From Diplonema japonicum (lineage: Eukaryota > Protista > Euglenozoa: Diplonemea), in contig OZ025696.1 of assembly GCA_964019335.1 (NCBI GenBank), forward strand, positions 186,001-250,000: a stretch of DNA of 64,000 nt, written 5' to 3'. Numbering within the stretch: the first letter of the stretch is position 1; every line of letters starts with the position of its first letter. Both the position numbers and the translations under genes were made by a program. Positions 1-10,791 of this stretch are shown piece after piece. A model generated the notes under the pieces. The model had not been told where the DNA came from. It saw only the letters and a program-made list of their open reading frames with translations, and searched no databases.

Positions 1-607
1 GCTTAGAACACGGTGCACGCTTTGCCGCAGTAATCTCCTTTTCACACTGCGACAGCCACTCCCCCTTATGAGAGCCTGTCACCAGCCCTGTAGGACCCAT
101 TAAATCTTCGACATCTTCAAGTGCGACAAAGTACGTGTACAGCTTTGCAACATCCTTCTCGGGAATGGTGTCAGCGTGCCATTTCTGATACTTCGCACCA
201 GGGTCGTTGACCATTATTCCCATGGCTACGAGTAGTGCGTCTGGTCCAAGGGTGTCTTTGATGGTACGGTAGAGCTTGTCGATTATGGTGACGCAGATTT
301 TTTGAACGGCCTCGTCCATGACTACTGGGAGGTTGTAGTGGTGGTTGCCCTTTGTCTGTCTGGGTTTTATCTCCTCCACCTTTCCGAGCATGGTTTCGCA
401 CTCCTTCTTGTCCAGGACCCCGTCTACACGGAGCATCCCGTTCTTATCCATGCTCCGCTTGCCTTGCATGTCCTTGTTCACCTCCGCCACGGAGGCTCCC
501 GCTGACGAGATGGTGAATTCCTTCTTATCGACACCGGAGGAAGCCTCGTCTTCCCATATTTTTAAAGAGCCGAGCACGGCTGTTAGAAGAAGCGATGCAG
601 CGAGCAT
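1..607 (-). CDS. PhyH-like Fe(II)/2-oxoglutarate dioxygenase with signal peptide (runs off the window edge)
   Basis: Manual translation from ATG 607 gives MLAASLLLTAVLG...YQKWHADT...YFVALED...MGPTGLVTGSH. The WHxD and GPT..GSH motifs fit the PhyH family. Absent from the ORF track because there is no stop in the window. Confidence 0.75.
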   Translation of the reverse strand, partial: MLAASLLLTAVLGSLKIWEDEASSGVDKKEFTISSAGASVAEVNKDMQGKRSMDKNGMLRVDGVLDKKECETMLGKVEEIKPRQTKGNHHYNLPVVMDEAVQKICVTIIDKLYRTIKDTLGPDALLVAMGIMVNDPGAKYQKWHADTIPEKDVAKLYTYFVALEDVEDLMGPTGLVTGSHKGEWLSQCEKEITAAKRAPCSK

Positions 608-696
608 ATTTGTCACCTTAATTCCCCTTTTTTTTTTTTGAGGGGAAAAAAAAAAAAAAAAAGATAATAAACGTTGCATTTTTTTTTTTCCCCCCC

Positions 697-1797
697 TCAC
701 GGGTACACATCACGGCCGGATGGTTGCTGCTCCCATCCTGGGGTGGGGGGTTCATCGTAAGAACTGTTTCTGACCCAATTAGTGCTCCACCCCCACCACC
801 CATCAGAGTACATAGCCGCAGGAACGTCCATCATAGACGCATACATAAAAGCAAGCGAAGCACGGTACCCACTAGCACAGTATATGTAAAGAGGAACCGA
901 TTTCGTGTTGATGCTCCCCGCATGCCAGTAATCCAATATTACGGAGGGAGGGTGAAGAATCCCGTTTGGTTGGGTGTATGTACCAGCATTGGCCTGCGAA
1001 CCCCAAGCGGCGAAGGGAATACGCCCTTTTTCAAGTAAACGCGAAGACCCACTAGACTTCCCCTCGTACTCTTCAAGCGATCTCACATCAACCATTTGAA
1101 CAAGGTTGGTGGAGAATACTTTTTCCACGTCCGAGGTAGATAGCAACACGTTTTTGTGAAACGAAGCTTTAAAGGATGTAGAGGTCAGGTTCCGGACTGT
1201 CTCCTCTACTGGATAGCCCTCGTCGACCCATACTGAGAAGGAACCGTTCATTACCCTGACGTCCTCAACGCCAATATAACTGAGAATGAACCATAGCCTG
1301 CTGGCATAGACTGGGTTTGAACTGTATATGATTGTGGTGCATTTCTTACAGACGCCGAGGGAACCCGCATTTTCTGCAAGTTTATCATCTGGGAGGAGAA
1401 AATTTGTGGGATAGCCGTTTTCGTAAAGATCGGCATCGCTGTGGACAGAATGTGGGATGTGGCCTTCGAGGTAGGTGGCGTTGCCTCGTTGGGTCTCGAA
1501 GATTACGAGATCTCGCTTTTCATCGTAGTTGTTTGGTTTTGGACCAGAGTGGTACTTGTAGTCGATGGCCTTCTTCACCCACTGTACCGGCATGACCTGG
1601 GCTTTCATCTTCCCAGATGCGGGTGTTGGTGGGTCGTCGTTGTTGTCATCAGTTGTGTCTTTTGTTATTATGGCCACGACGAGCGCGAGAACGAGAACCG
1701 ACAGGATGGCGATCGCCACCGCTTTTTCGTCTTTCCACCATGGTTTTTTGCTGCGTGGGTTTGGGTAGTTGTTGAGGGAGTGTTTCTCTTCTTCCAT
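697..1797 (-). CDS. Two-domain rhodanese / thiosulfate or 3-mercaptopyruvate sulfurtransferase with N-terminal TM anchor
   Basis: Y..GHIP, DVR...EY, GRIP and active-site loop YCASGYRA; hydrophobic segment near the N-terminus. Confidence 0.9.
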   Translation of the reverse strand: MEEEKHSLNNYPNPRSKKPWWKDEKAVAIAILSVLVLALVVAIITKDTTDDNNDDPPTPASGKMKAQVMPVQWVKKAIDYKYHSGPKPNNYDEKRDLVIFETQRGNATYLEGHIPHSVHSDADLYENGYPTNFLLPDDKLAENAGSLGVCKKCTTIIYSSNPVYASRLWFILSYIGVEDVRVMNGSFSVWVDEGYPVEETVRNLTSTSFKASFHKNVLLSTSDVEKVFSTNLVQMVDVRSLEEYEGKSSGSSRLLEKGRIPFAAWGSQANAGTYTQPNGILHPPSVILDYWHAGSINTKSVPLYIYCASGYRASLAFMYASMMDVPAAMYSDGWWGWSTNWVRNSSYDEPPTPGWEQQPSGRDVYP

Positions 1798-2128
1798 TTT
1801 TCTTTTTTTTTTTTTCTTTTTTTAACTTTTTCTTTTTTTGTTTAAAAAGTAGAAAGATAAAAAAAAAAATAATAAAATAATAAAAACAGGGAGGGATGAA
1901 AAAAAAAAATAAAAAAAAAGAAAAAAACAGAAAGGAAAATCTAAAAGACCTTCGGTGCGGAATAAAAAAAAAAAAAAAAGAACGGAAAAAAATAATTTTG
2001 TCTTCGTTTTGTCGACAATGTCAAAGAATATAAAAAAAAAAAAAAAAAAAAGACTGTTTTTTTTTTTTCTTTTTGCAGCTGGGATAAAAAAGTTTTATAC
2101 AATCTTTTTTTTTTCTAAATATTCTGTT

Positions 2129-2698
2129 TTACTGTGTCTTGGAAACCTGCTGCACAATGGGGTGTTGGACGGCCGCCTTGGCGATATCCCCTGTCAGCTT
2201 TTTTTGGGACTCGATCTCGAGGCGCAGCGCCTCTATCGACTCGGCCAAAGTCTTGCGCTCCACCTGGAACGCAGACTCCTTCGCCAGCGTTTCTGCGAAC
2301 TTCTCGGCGAATTGCAATTCCTTGAAACGGACCTCTTCTTGAACTCTCTTAGCTACCTCTGTGTCGAGTTTCTGCCGTTTTTTCGCCTGATCTTCGACAC
2401 CCCCCCTCTCCAGCCTCCTTAACTCCTTCACTTCAAAGGCATCCACGCAAACCTTCTTGTGCTTCATAAGCGCTGCCGTAACCGCCTTCAGCTCATGTTC
2501 CGCAATGTCCTTCTCCACCTGCCCGACCCTTTCAGACCTTTCCTTCTCCGCTTCCTCGATCAGGCCAGCCACCCTTTCCATCTTGTCTTTCAGCCCCATC
2601 ACGTTGTCTAACCCAAGCTTACCGGCAATGATCTTGCCTTCAACAGTTTCCGCGGCGGTGTAGAGGTCACGCATCAAGGGCTCCTTGCGGCGAGCAGG

Positions 2699-2701
<3 letters not shown>
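2129..2701 (-). CDS. Coiled-coil hypothetical protein (~190 aa)
   Basis: ATG 2701 (MPARRKEP) follows an A-run; E/K-rich helical sequence. Confidence 0.7.
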
Positions 2702-2734
<33 letters not shown>

Positions 2735-2771
2735 CTGAAACAAAAATATTTTATTTAGAAAATAGTTGTTA

Positions 2772-2804
<33 letters not shown>

Positions 2805-2982
2805 AAGCGCGCATGGTAAATGTACACATTTTATAGGGGGGGGGGAAACAAAAATAAAAAAGAAGAAAAATCTTCAAAAAGAAAATAAAAAGAGATAAAG
2901 GAGGCCAGTGTGTTTTTCTTTTTTTTTCCGGCGGCGCCCTGCACAAAAAAAAAAAAAAAACCGTCTAAAAAGAATTCGTAAA

Positions 2983-3858
2983 TCACGTAACGACACTATA
3001 AACTCCTGTTGGCCTGCTGCTGTTCGTAAGGTCAGCGTACCCCGTATAGTCACGAGAGCTAATGTATTTCGACAACGCGATGTCAATGCCGATAATGCGA
3101 CCTTTGCAGTGCACGCCGATCCGGCCCAAGCCTTGGATGGTGTGCCCCACCACGATAGAGGTCACAGGCTGGGTGTCCTTATAAACAGGGAGAGAGTTTA
3201 TCGTAGAAAGAACGCTGGTTATAATGGAACAATCACCCCGCGCAGCTTGCTGAATAGGATCGCGGGTCCAGAGGGGCCCGGAGGAGTGCAGCAACGGGTG
3301 TAAAAAGTTACCAGTTGCGATTTTCAATGTTAACTGTTCGTCAAGAGATTCTATGCTCTGCGTGACGTGGTGCGGTAACAGCCCGGCATGGACGAAAACG
3401 TAAGGGCCTCTTCTTATAACCTTTGGGAGCTTTAACAATGCTTGCCCCCATTCGCCTTGTGGGCTGAAGACTTGTCTTCGTGCGTCCTTGCCGCCAATGT
3501 CGGTCACCTCATCTTGGTGAGCGTAGGAGATCATACCTTGAAGGTTCATCAGTTCGTGGTTACCCATGAGGTTCACGACCTCGCCGCCCGTTGCCTCGGT
3601 TTCTTGTTTCAACCTCTCGAACAGTTTGTATATGCGGCGGGCGTCAGGGCCGCGGTCTATTATGTCGCCTGTTTGTACCAGTAGGTCCCCGTCACGGCCT
3701 TTCCATTCCAGGTCTTCTCCCACCAGGCCTGTCATTTGTAGGACCCTCACGGCCTTCTCGTAGTCACCGTGGAGGTCTCCCACAGCTGCGATTTTGGCTT
3801 CTGTGTGCGTTGCAGTGTGGTACAGTACTAGGGCTACAATAGCTAACTTGTACGGCAT
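2983..3858 (-). CDS. Shewanella-like (SLP/Shelph) metallophosphoesterase with signal peptide
   Basis: GDLHG, GDIIDRG, GNHE, HAG, GPLW, GHT and IDIA motifs. Confidence 0.9.
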   Translation of the reverse strand: MPYKLAIVALVLYHTATHTEAKIAAVGDLHGDYEKAVRVLQMTGLVGEDLEWKGRDGDLLVQTGDIIDRGPDARRIYKLFERLKQETEATGGEVVNLMGNHELMNLQGMISYAHQDEVTDIGGKDARRQVFSPQGEWGQALLKLPKVIRRGPYVFVHAGLLPHHVTQSIESLDEQLTLKIATGNFLHPLLHSSGPLWTRDPIQQAARGDCSIITSVLSTINSLPVYKDTQPVTSIVVGHTIQGLGRIGVHCKGRIIGIDIALSKYISSRDYTGYADLTNSSRPTGVYSVVT

Positions 3859-4100
3859 TTTCTTTTTTTTTCTTTCCCCCCCTCTCCTCCTTTGTTCCTT
3901 CGTTTTTTTTTTCTTTTTTTTTTCTTTTGTCTATAAAAAGAAGAAGAAAAAAAAAAAGAAAATAGAGAAGAAAAAAGAAAAGAATCGGTATAAACGGTTG
4001 TCTAGGATGGAGAGGAGGGGGGGGAGACCGTATGCCTGGATGGAAGAAAAAAGAATTACTTACTTTAGGGGGAAAAAAAAAAAAGAAAAAGCGCGACCCA

Positions 4101-4709
4101 TTACTCCTTCTTCTTCTTTTTCTCAGTGTAAGGGAGCAGCATCCCCCTCTTCCTCCACGCATCGCTGAGGTCCGTAAGCTCTTTGTGCACGTACTTGTCG
4201 ATGGTGAATGGGATATAAACTGTCGTCAGAGGGGTGATCTCAGGGGGCGCAGAGTAGAATGCTATTGCGGCCGTCCACGGTCCTTTAGTATGCTGTGGTA
4301 GTGGCTTCTTTACCGAGCCCTTGAAGGGAGAAGTGTGGCAGGCTGTGGGGGTTAGAATATTGGACGACCAAGAGCAGTTGCTACCATGGAGGAACCTGCA
4401 GCAGATGTCATAACCCTCATCTCCCTTGTAAGTAATGACGTCCCCAGCAATGTCGTGTTTGAGGCCCAACTCAAAGCGACCGTCGGCCGGGATCTCCCAC
4501 CCCATGAGGGTTATGTTCACCGAAGCAAATGGGCCACTACCGTCATATGCCACCAAGACCTCTACTTTGCTCCCGGTCACTCTGACACCACCGGTCTCTA
4601 CCTCTTCTCGCCAGCTGTCTTCCCCTGTGTAAAGCACTTTCCCCTCCTGCCTGTGTATGTGCCCCATAGATACCTGCATCGCAATTGCCATGGCCACTGA
4701 ACCTGCCAT
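4101..4709 (-). CDS. Hypothetical protein, 202 aa
   Basis: ORF with ATG just after an A-run, on the coding strand; no family recognised. Confidence 0.6.
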   Translation of the reverse strand: MAGSVAMAIAMQVSMGHIHRQEGKVLYTGEDSWREEVETGGVRVTGSKVEVLVAYDGSGPFASVNITLMGWEIPADGRFELGLKHDIAGDVITYKGDEGYDICCRFLHGSNCSWSSNILTPTACHTSPFKGSVKKPLPQHTKGPWTAAIAFYSAPPEITPLTTVYIPFTIDKYVHKELTDLSDAWRKRGMLLPYTEKKKKKE

Positions 4710-5173
4710 CTTTTTTTTTTTTTTTTTTGTCTGCTAGGGTTTTGTTTCAAAGACTTGTCTAAACAAAAGGGTAACGTGGCTTTTTTTTAAAAGCAAATGA
4801 AAAAGTGTTCCGTTTGCATCAATTCCTTTATAGCTAGCGATCGACCTGGGGACTGATGTACTTTTTAAAATTGATTTTTCTGCGCGCTCATAACGTAAAC
4901 AAACTCACGCCTCGCATTCCTTGTTGCGATAAATTGCCTGTAAGACACGTAAGAGTTGTGACTTCTATTTTAAATCTATTCTCACAGCTAAGAAGCTGTT
5001 TGGTTAGTTCCCTTCCCTACACAGGTTGCTGTGGTGTGGAGCTCGCGACTGCATGAACTTCGGGGGGGGGGGGGGGGGGGGGGTAGGCGGCGAGCCTGTG
5101 GAGTTGGTAGGTATCCGAATTAGCACTCAACCGATGCTCCTTTCTTCTTAGGGGAGTTGTTGTGGTATGGAGC

Positions 5174-8100
5174 TCACGACCGCATGAGCTTCGGGGAGTA
5201 GGTGTCGAGCCTGTGGAGGTGGCTGTCCTTTATGAGTGAGGATGGGTGGGCATCGTGGACGACAGAGGCGGCGATCAGGGTGGATCGTTCCACCTTCTCC
5301 ACGGGGTTCACACTGCGCTGTACCACTGTGTCCATGAGCGTCAGGTCGAAGCAGTGTGTTGCCGCCACCACCACGTGCAGTGAAGCCTCCTCCACGGGCA
5401 GTGCCCCAGACCGCGTCAGCGAATCCAGCAGGTCGAACGCTTTGTTCCGTTCCTCCTTCTGCCCCTCCCCGTCCAGCACCTGTTCTTCCGCAGGGCTCAG
5501 CAGCGCCTTCTGTCCCTTCCGTTTCCACTGTTTCCCTGTCTTTATGATCGTGGGCCGCAGGCAGTTGTCCTCGTCGAACTCCTTGTATTTCTCTTCCAGC
5601 TTCTCTGGCAGCTTGCTGATGTCTCCTTCCTCTTCATAAACAATCTCTCTTCCCTCTTCTCTTTTTCCCTCCTCCTCGTGCTTTTCTTCTTCTTGTTGCT
5701 CTGTTTTCTCAGAATCCTTGGCTTCCGTTTCAACTGCCTCTGCTGTGTCCTGTGCATCCATCTTCTCGGTATGCTGTTCCTCATTCTTTTGTTCTGTCTT
5801 CTCCGCTACTGTTTCAACTGCCACTGGTCCACATGATTCAACTGCCTCAAGATGTGCACCATCAGATATATTTTTCCCTCCCGTGCTGCTATGCTCGGGA
5901 AGATCAAAGCCTTTTTTCTTCACCTTCTTAGCTTGCTTATAGAAGGTCTTCGACTGTACTGAAAGATCTTCGCACGCATTCATACATACTGGTTCACATG
6001 ATTCAACTGCATATGGATTTAGTGGTTCTTGTGGCTCTTGAACCTTATTGGATACGGTTGATAGCAGCCTCTTTACGGAAAGCAACGGGGTGATCCTCTT
6101 TTTCTTGGGAAGTTCGCTCAAACAGCAGTTTATGTTCATAAGCATAGCACTCTCTTCGGTAGCACTCAAGGTACTAGGATGCATTGCAACCCTTTGTAGG
6201 TCTGTTAGTTCTGTGCTAGCTGCCCCACATATGTCCTCTCCAGCCAAATCCAATGTGTCCCTTCTCATCGTCGTAAGCTTCGTCTGAAATAGGTTTACCT
6301 TTTCTTGATATTCAGGCTGTGCGTACACGGGTAGCCCTCTGACTTCAACCTAAGAGGGAAAGATGAAAAGAAGAAATATAGGAGTTAAAGGAGGCCGGTG
6401 CTGGCGGCGCCCTGCACAAGAACTGTCTACGGGGGCACACCGCGGCCGAGTTGTAGCTTTCTGCGTTCCGCATCGTGTCCTTAATACGTGCGGTGTACAG
6501 CTCAACCCCAGCCGCGGCGTCCCGGGTAACCAAGATTCGGCGCTTGTGCAGTTTGCAACCTGTTCGTCACCCTGAGCATCTGCATTACGTTCTTCCACTT
6601 GGGCGCTACCGGTGATGACCGACGAGGAGGTCAACAGCGAACAACACATCTGATGACAGGCTCTCCGGTAAGGTGGGGATAGACCGGCGATCGCCGGTCT
6701 AAGCAATTCTTTTTGAAAACGTCGACGGTCTACGTAGATCGGCGAATTTCTTGTGTCTGCGGTAGGCCTACGGGGGGGCAGGGGTTGCCCCGTTTGTGAG
6801 GAACTTTTCTCTTCTTATTGATCACGGGGTGAGTGGTTTTAGTATTAGTTGAAAGCCACGATGTGCTTCTTCCATCAAACATAGTACCCCATGAGCGAAC
6901 TTTTGCGTGTCCCACGGAGTCCAACTCAGTTCCACGGCATCCAGTCTGTGCCACGAAAAGGTACACAAACCGTACTTCGACGCTCTGATGGGCAACGTGA
7001 AGCAGCGGTTAGCGTCGCAGCCGGAGTTGCAAGCTGCCGGTTTATTCGATCTTGACCATAAGATCTATGCAGGGGACAGGCCCGAAATCGAAACAGCTAA
7101 GCAGTTGGTCGGGCCGTTGCTTCACCACTTAGACAATCAGTTCTCCATAGAACTTGGCAAAGAGGCAAAGGATAAAGTGTGGAAGAGGGTGCAGCAGCTG
7201 AAGCCAGATAACTGGGTTAAGGCCGTGCGAGAAGACATCAGTCTAGTGGTGGCTGAGCTTGTCAAGCTCAAGACAAGTTCTTCTCCCATCAACCACGACA
7301 CCATCAGGGAGAGGGCTCTTTCCTAAGCCCTGCATCGCGACGGCATGAACTTCGGGGGGCGAGCCTCTTTTAGCTCCTTTTCTTTTCTTTTTCTTTCTCA
7401 CCCTCAATCTAGAGAGTTGTTGTGGTGGGTCGTTTGTTGACATATCTTTCCCATACTAACGGTCATATAAGAGTTAAAGGAGACCAATGTCGGTGGCGCC
7501 CTGCATAAGTACTCATTACAAGGGGGAGCACCTCGGCCGAGCTGTAGCTTCTTCTGCGTTCCGCGTTGTGCCCTTAACCCGAGCCGGGGATCCCGGTAAC
7601 CAAGATTCAGCGCTCGTGCAGTTTAAAAGAAAGAAAGAAATCGGGTTTTCAAATCAGTTTAATACCTTTAAGCTGTGTAGCTTCCTTTTTGCCTCGCGTA
7701 ACGTCTTTTTCAGCTTACTCACATGATCCTCAAGTCTATCATCTTGAAGTTTCTTTCCCTCTTGCAACAACCATTCGATCTGTGGTGATAATGTCCTTTC
7801 AAAGTCCAGTACCTCTTCAAATAGGTCGGCAGTTGCATCATCATAAACAATAGCTGCATGACACTCCTTCCTCCTCTGCTCCTCGACTCTCTTCCTTTCT
7901 TCCTCCTCAAGGACCAACCTCTTCAACTCAGCGATTCTCCTCTGCTCCTCAAGGATCTCGTCCTTCGCTTCTTGTATTACTGCCTTCATCGCCTCCACAC
8001 GGCCCCGAACCGCCTCCGCCTTGTGGGCTGTGGGAACCTCGTCCTCGTCATCCAGGAAGTCAGCTTGGAAGGACAGGAGGTCGCTGGAGATGTTGTGGTC

Positions 8101-10097
8101 GACGAAGAGCTCCAGGAGGTCCTCTGTGAGGCGGAGCTCCTTCGTCAGAGCCCCTTGAGGGAGGTTCAGGACACGCTCCAGCTGCGGCTTCACCTGCAAA
8201 ACGCACACCCCGAACAGTGTTGCTTCCATCTGCATCGACCTGTTTTGTTTTGATTTGATTTGAATTTAACTTGTTTGTTCTTTTCTTTGAAAATTAAATT
8301 AAACAAAAACCTGTAAGCCTTTGCAAAGCGCTGCTGCTCAGGTGACAAGGACTCGACTGCGTCTTCGAACTCCTTCGGTGTCGGGATCTGTTCCAGCTCG
8401 AGGGGAACCCGGAGTTCGTCCTTGTTTCGAACCAGGATCGCGTGCTCTGGGAGGAACAGGTCCCTGCCCCCGATCCGACCGATTGCGAGGACGAACCCGC
8501 TGAACTGCCTCGCCCGCGCCACCAGCTCCAAGGGACGACCCGCCTCCTCCGTCGAGAAGCGGTGCCGCACGTACGCGTGCACGAACCGTTCCCCGCCGAA
8601 CGACACCTCTGCCGCCGCGTTCAAGGCAAACCGCATCCTGCCTGTGCTGATTCTCCTTCCCGAAAGGGAAAGGCACCGCGCTGTCGTCATCACAGGAACC
8701 GAGCCTTCCTCCACCGCCACCACCCCCTCGGGGTCGTGCCCGTCCCGCCTCACCGCATAGCAGAACTCCCGCGGTGCCACCTCTTCCAAGAAGAGCTTCC
8801 GGTTGTGGAACCGCATGTATCGCCCAAAGTCCTCCGAGGTCACCTCCCGCCCGAGCGCCGCCACCAGCTGCCTCATCAGCATTCCCTCCACGAAGTCTAG
8901 CCCCGTCTCCGTCCACTCCGCCACCTCTTCAACGTGTCGCAAGACCGCCACGAGAACCCCTTCTGTTTTTGAGACGAGTCCCCCTTCCCCACCACCGAAG
9001 GCCTTCTCCACCCCTCCAGTCCACTCCTGCAGGCTCCTCGCCTCTTCCTCGAGGAATGCCTCCAGGTCCGACCACCCGAGAACCCTCCCAGTGAGGTCGT
9101 CAGCCTCTGTCGTTGTTGTTGCTGTTGTTGTTGTTGCCGTTGCTGCTGCTACAGTTGCAGCATCGGGGGGGGACACCAAAGCGAGACTCCTGCTTGAGGT
9201 CTTCTTCTTCTCCATCTCTCTCAAGAGGGGTTCCTCCCTCCTCAACTGCTCCACTTGCTTTGCCACTTGAAGGATGGGAAGAACAGGAACGAAGACCCTC
9301 TCGCTTGTGGTCTGAAGAAGGGTGAGGTCCAACCCGTGTTCAGGCTCGACTGGGAAGACATCCTCCTCGAAATAGACCCTCACAGACTTGCACCACCGCG
9401 ACAGCTCGCTAAAGAAGGAAAGGGCCCCCTCCACCGCAGTGTTCCTCCTCGGGGTGTAACAGCCTGCCGCGTTCCTGTCGATCCCAAACTCCACCTCCAA
9501 GTCCCCGTTCACCTGTTCCAGAAGCCAGCTCACGTCCACATCCAACGCGTCCTGCACACTCCGCGAGGGACGAGGCGACTCCTCACACAGCGTCTTCACC
9601 TTCGCCGCCCCCTTCCCCTCTCGCAAGATCCTCTTCTTCGCCTGCCGGTCTGTCCCGCCAAAAGCCCGCAGCTCCCACCTTCCCTCCACGTCCCAGAAGT
9701 GCTCCTCCACCGTTGTCACAGTCTTCGTCTTCATCTTCAGCAGCCCTGCCACCACTCCCGCCTTCACCGTGCTAGCTCCCTCCACCTCCCGCCTCGTCTT
9801 TCTGTCAAACGTGCACTTCTCTTCTCTCCACAGCGACAGAATCACACGCCTCTCCTTGCTCCACTCCTTCAGCTCCCTCAAACCCTCCCTCTGTAGCCCC
9901 AGCTGCTGCAGGGAGTTCAGGGCCGCCCCGCAAGCCCCGCGCACCATGAACTCCGCAAGGGCGTACTTGTCGCCGTACGAGTGAGGCACATCGCTCCCAA
10001 AACCCACCGCTCGGTTCTGTGCCAGCACCCGCTCCACGCACCGCAGGCCCCGAAGCACCTTCGACCGCACAAGCTCCTCCTCAAGGTATGAGGGCAT
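5174..10097 (-). CDS. Tandem family copy A: exons 10097-8311, 8239-7666, 6349-5174 (~1178 aa); middle cassette has a Vti1/NPSN-like Habc region and the C-terminal half of an R-SNARE motif
   Basis: Two GT-AG introns restore the frame (AYR|SMQMEA and HSLK|VEVRGLP); exon lengths 1787+574+1176 sum to a multiple of 3. Confidence 0.75.
6378..6580. repeat. Dispersed ~200-bp repeat (other copies 7466-7624, 41850-42025, 58293-58375, fragment 2897-2945)
   Basis: Shared AGGAGGCC.GTG..GGCGCCCTGCACAAGAACTGTCTAC...GCCGAGCTGTAGCTTCTTCTGCGT...CCAAGATTC.GCGCTTGTGCAGTTT blocks. Confidence 0.75.
6657..7332 (+). mobile_element. Truncated hAT-like DNA transposon derivative inside the intron
   Basis: Starts CAGGC; left end matches 39390 onward; 22-bp palindrome at 6680-6701; transposase-like fragment YFDALMGNVKQRL. 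Confidence 0.6.
8240..8310 (-). other. 71-nt intron (identical copies at 11918-11988 and 16039-16109)
   Basis: AG|GTTTTTGTTT...CAAAACAAAACAG|GT; AT-rich island inside GC-rich coding sequence; removal joins the two ORFs in frame. Confidence 0.85.
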
Positions 10098-10791
10098 CTT
10101 CTTTACTAAACTGTATTGTTTATGACCAACGAATGCCTCATGTTGACCTCGACTACACATGTTGACCTCGACTATTTGATACATAAAGGTCCACACCAAT
10201 ACTAAGAAGTCTTCAGATACCTCACGGCTTTGAGCTAACGTTTGCGATAGATGTGTTCTCTGATGCCCAGCAGGGAGCACGATCTTACACAACGCACTTA
10301 TTTCTGTTTAGTAAGTACTATTTTCTGAGTCACAACCCCCCCGCAAACGCCAACAGTGCTTATTTACAAGTCTCTTGCCAAAACCACTTTTTTTTTAAGT
10401 GGAGGGGGGCTGCCCATGTTCCGTTCTTTGGTCACAGTAGGAAAATAGCTATAGTTCTTTGTTCCGGGTTATGCTCGTTCATGGGAACTAGGTGACGTTT
10501 AACCTTCTCCAAAAACTTTCAACTTACAATCTAAACGACATTCGTTTGGATCCGTAATACTCGAGTTGCTGGTGGTGTATAGTGAGGAAATCCTTGCAGT
10601 GTTGTCAATTGTTGAGTATTTATAAAATATAGGCATATACTAGGTTACGTTAAAAACTAAAGGGGGGGGAGGGCTTGAATTAGCACTCAATCTTCATTGT
10701 TTTTCTTTTTGGTGTAATGTGGCTAGGGAGATGTTTTTCTTTTTCTTTTTCTTTCTCACCTTCAATCTAGAGAGTTGTTGTGGTATGGAGC

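Larger units (their letters stand above)
6350..7665 (-). other. 1316-nt intron filled with repeats
   Basis: AAG|GTATTA...TTCCCTCTTAG|GTT, phase 0, joins two halves of a Habc-like domain. Confidence 0.7.

Noticed and set aside
2702-2827. Poly-K/poly-F N-terminal extensions in the ORF track (also 19422, 29171, 34478, 35373, 52556)
   Set aside because: Translations of homopolymer spacers; the real starts are the ATGs after the A-runs.
8190-8310. Programmed frameshift or split genes in the tandem family
   Set aside because: A 71-nt GT-AG intron explains the frame change in all three copies.
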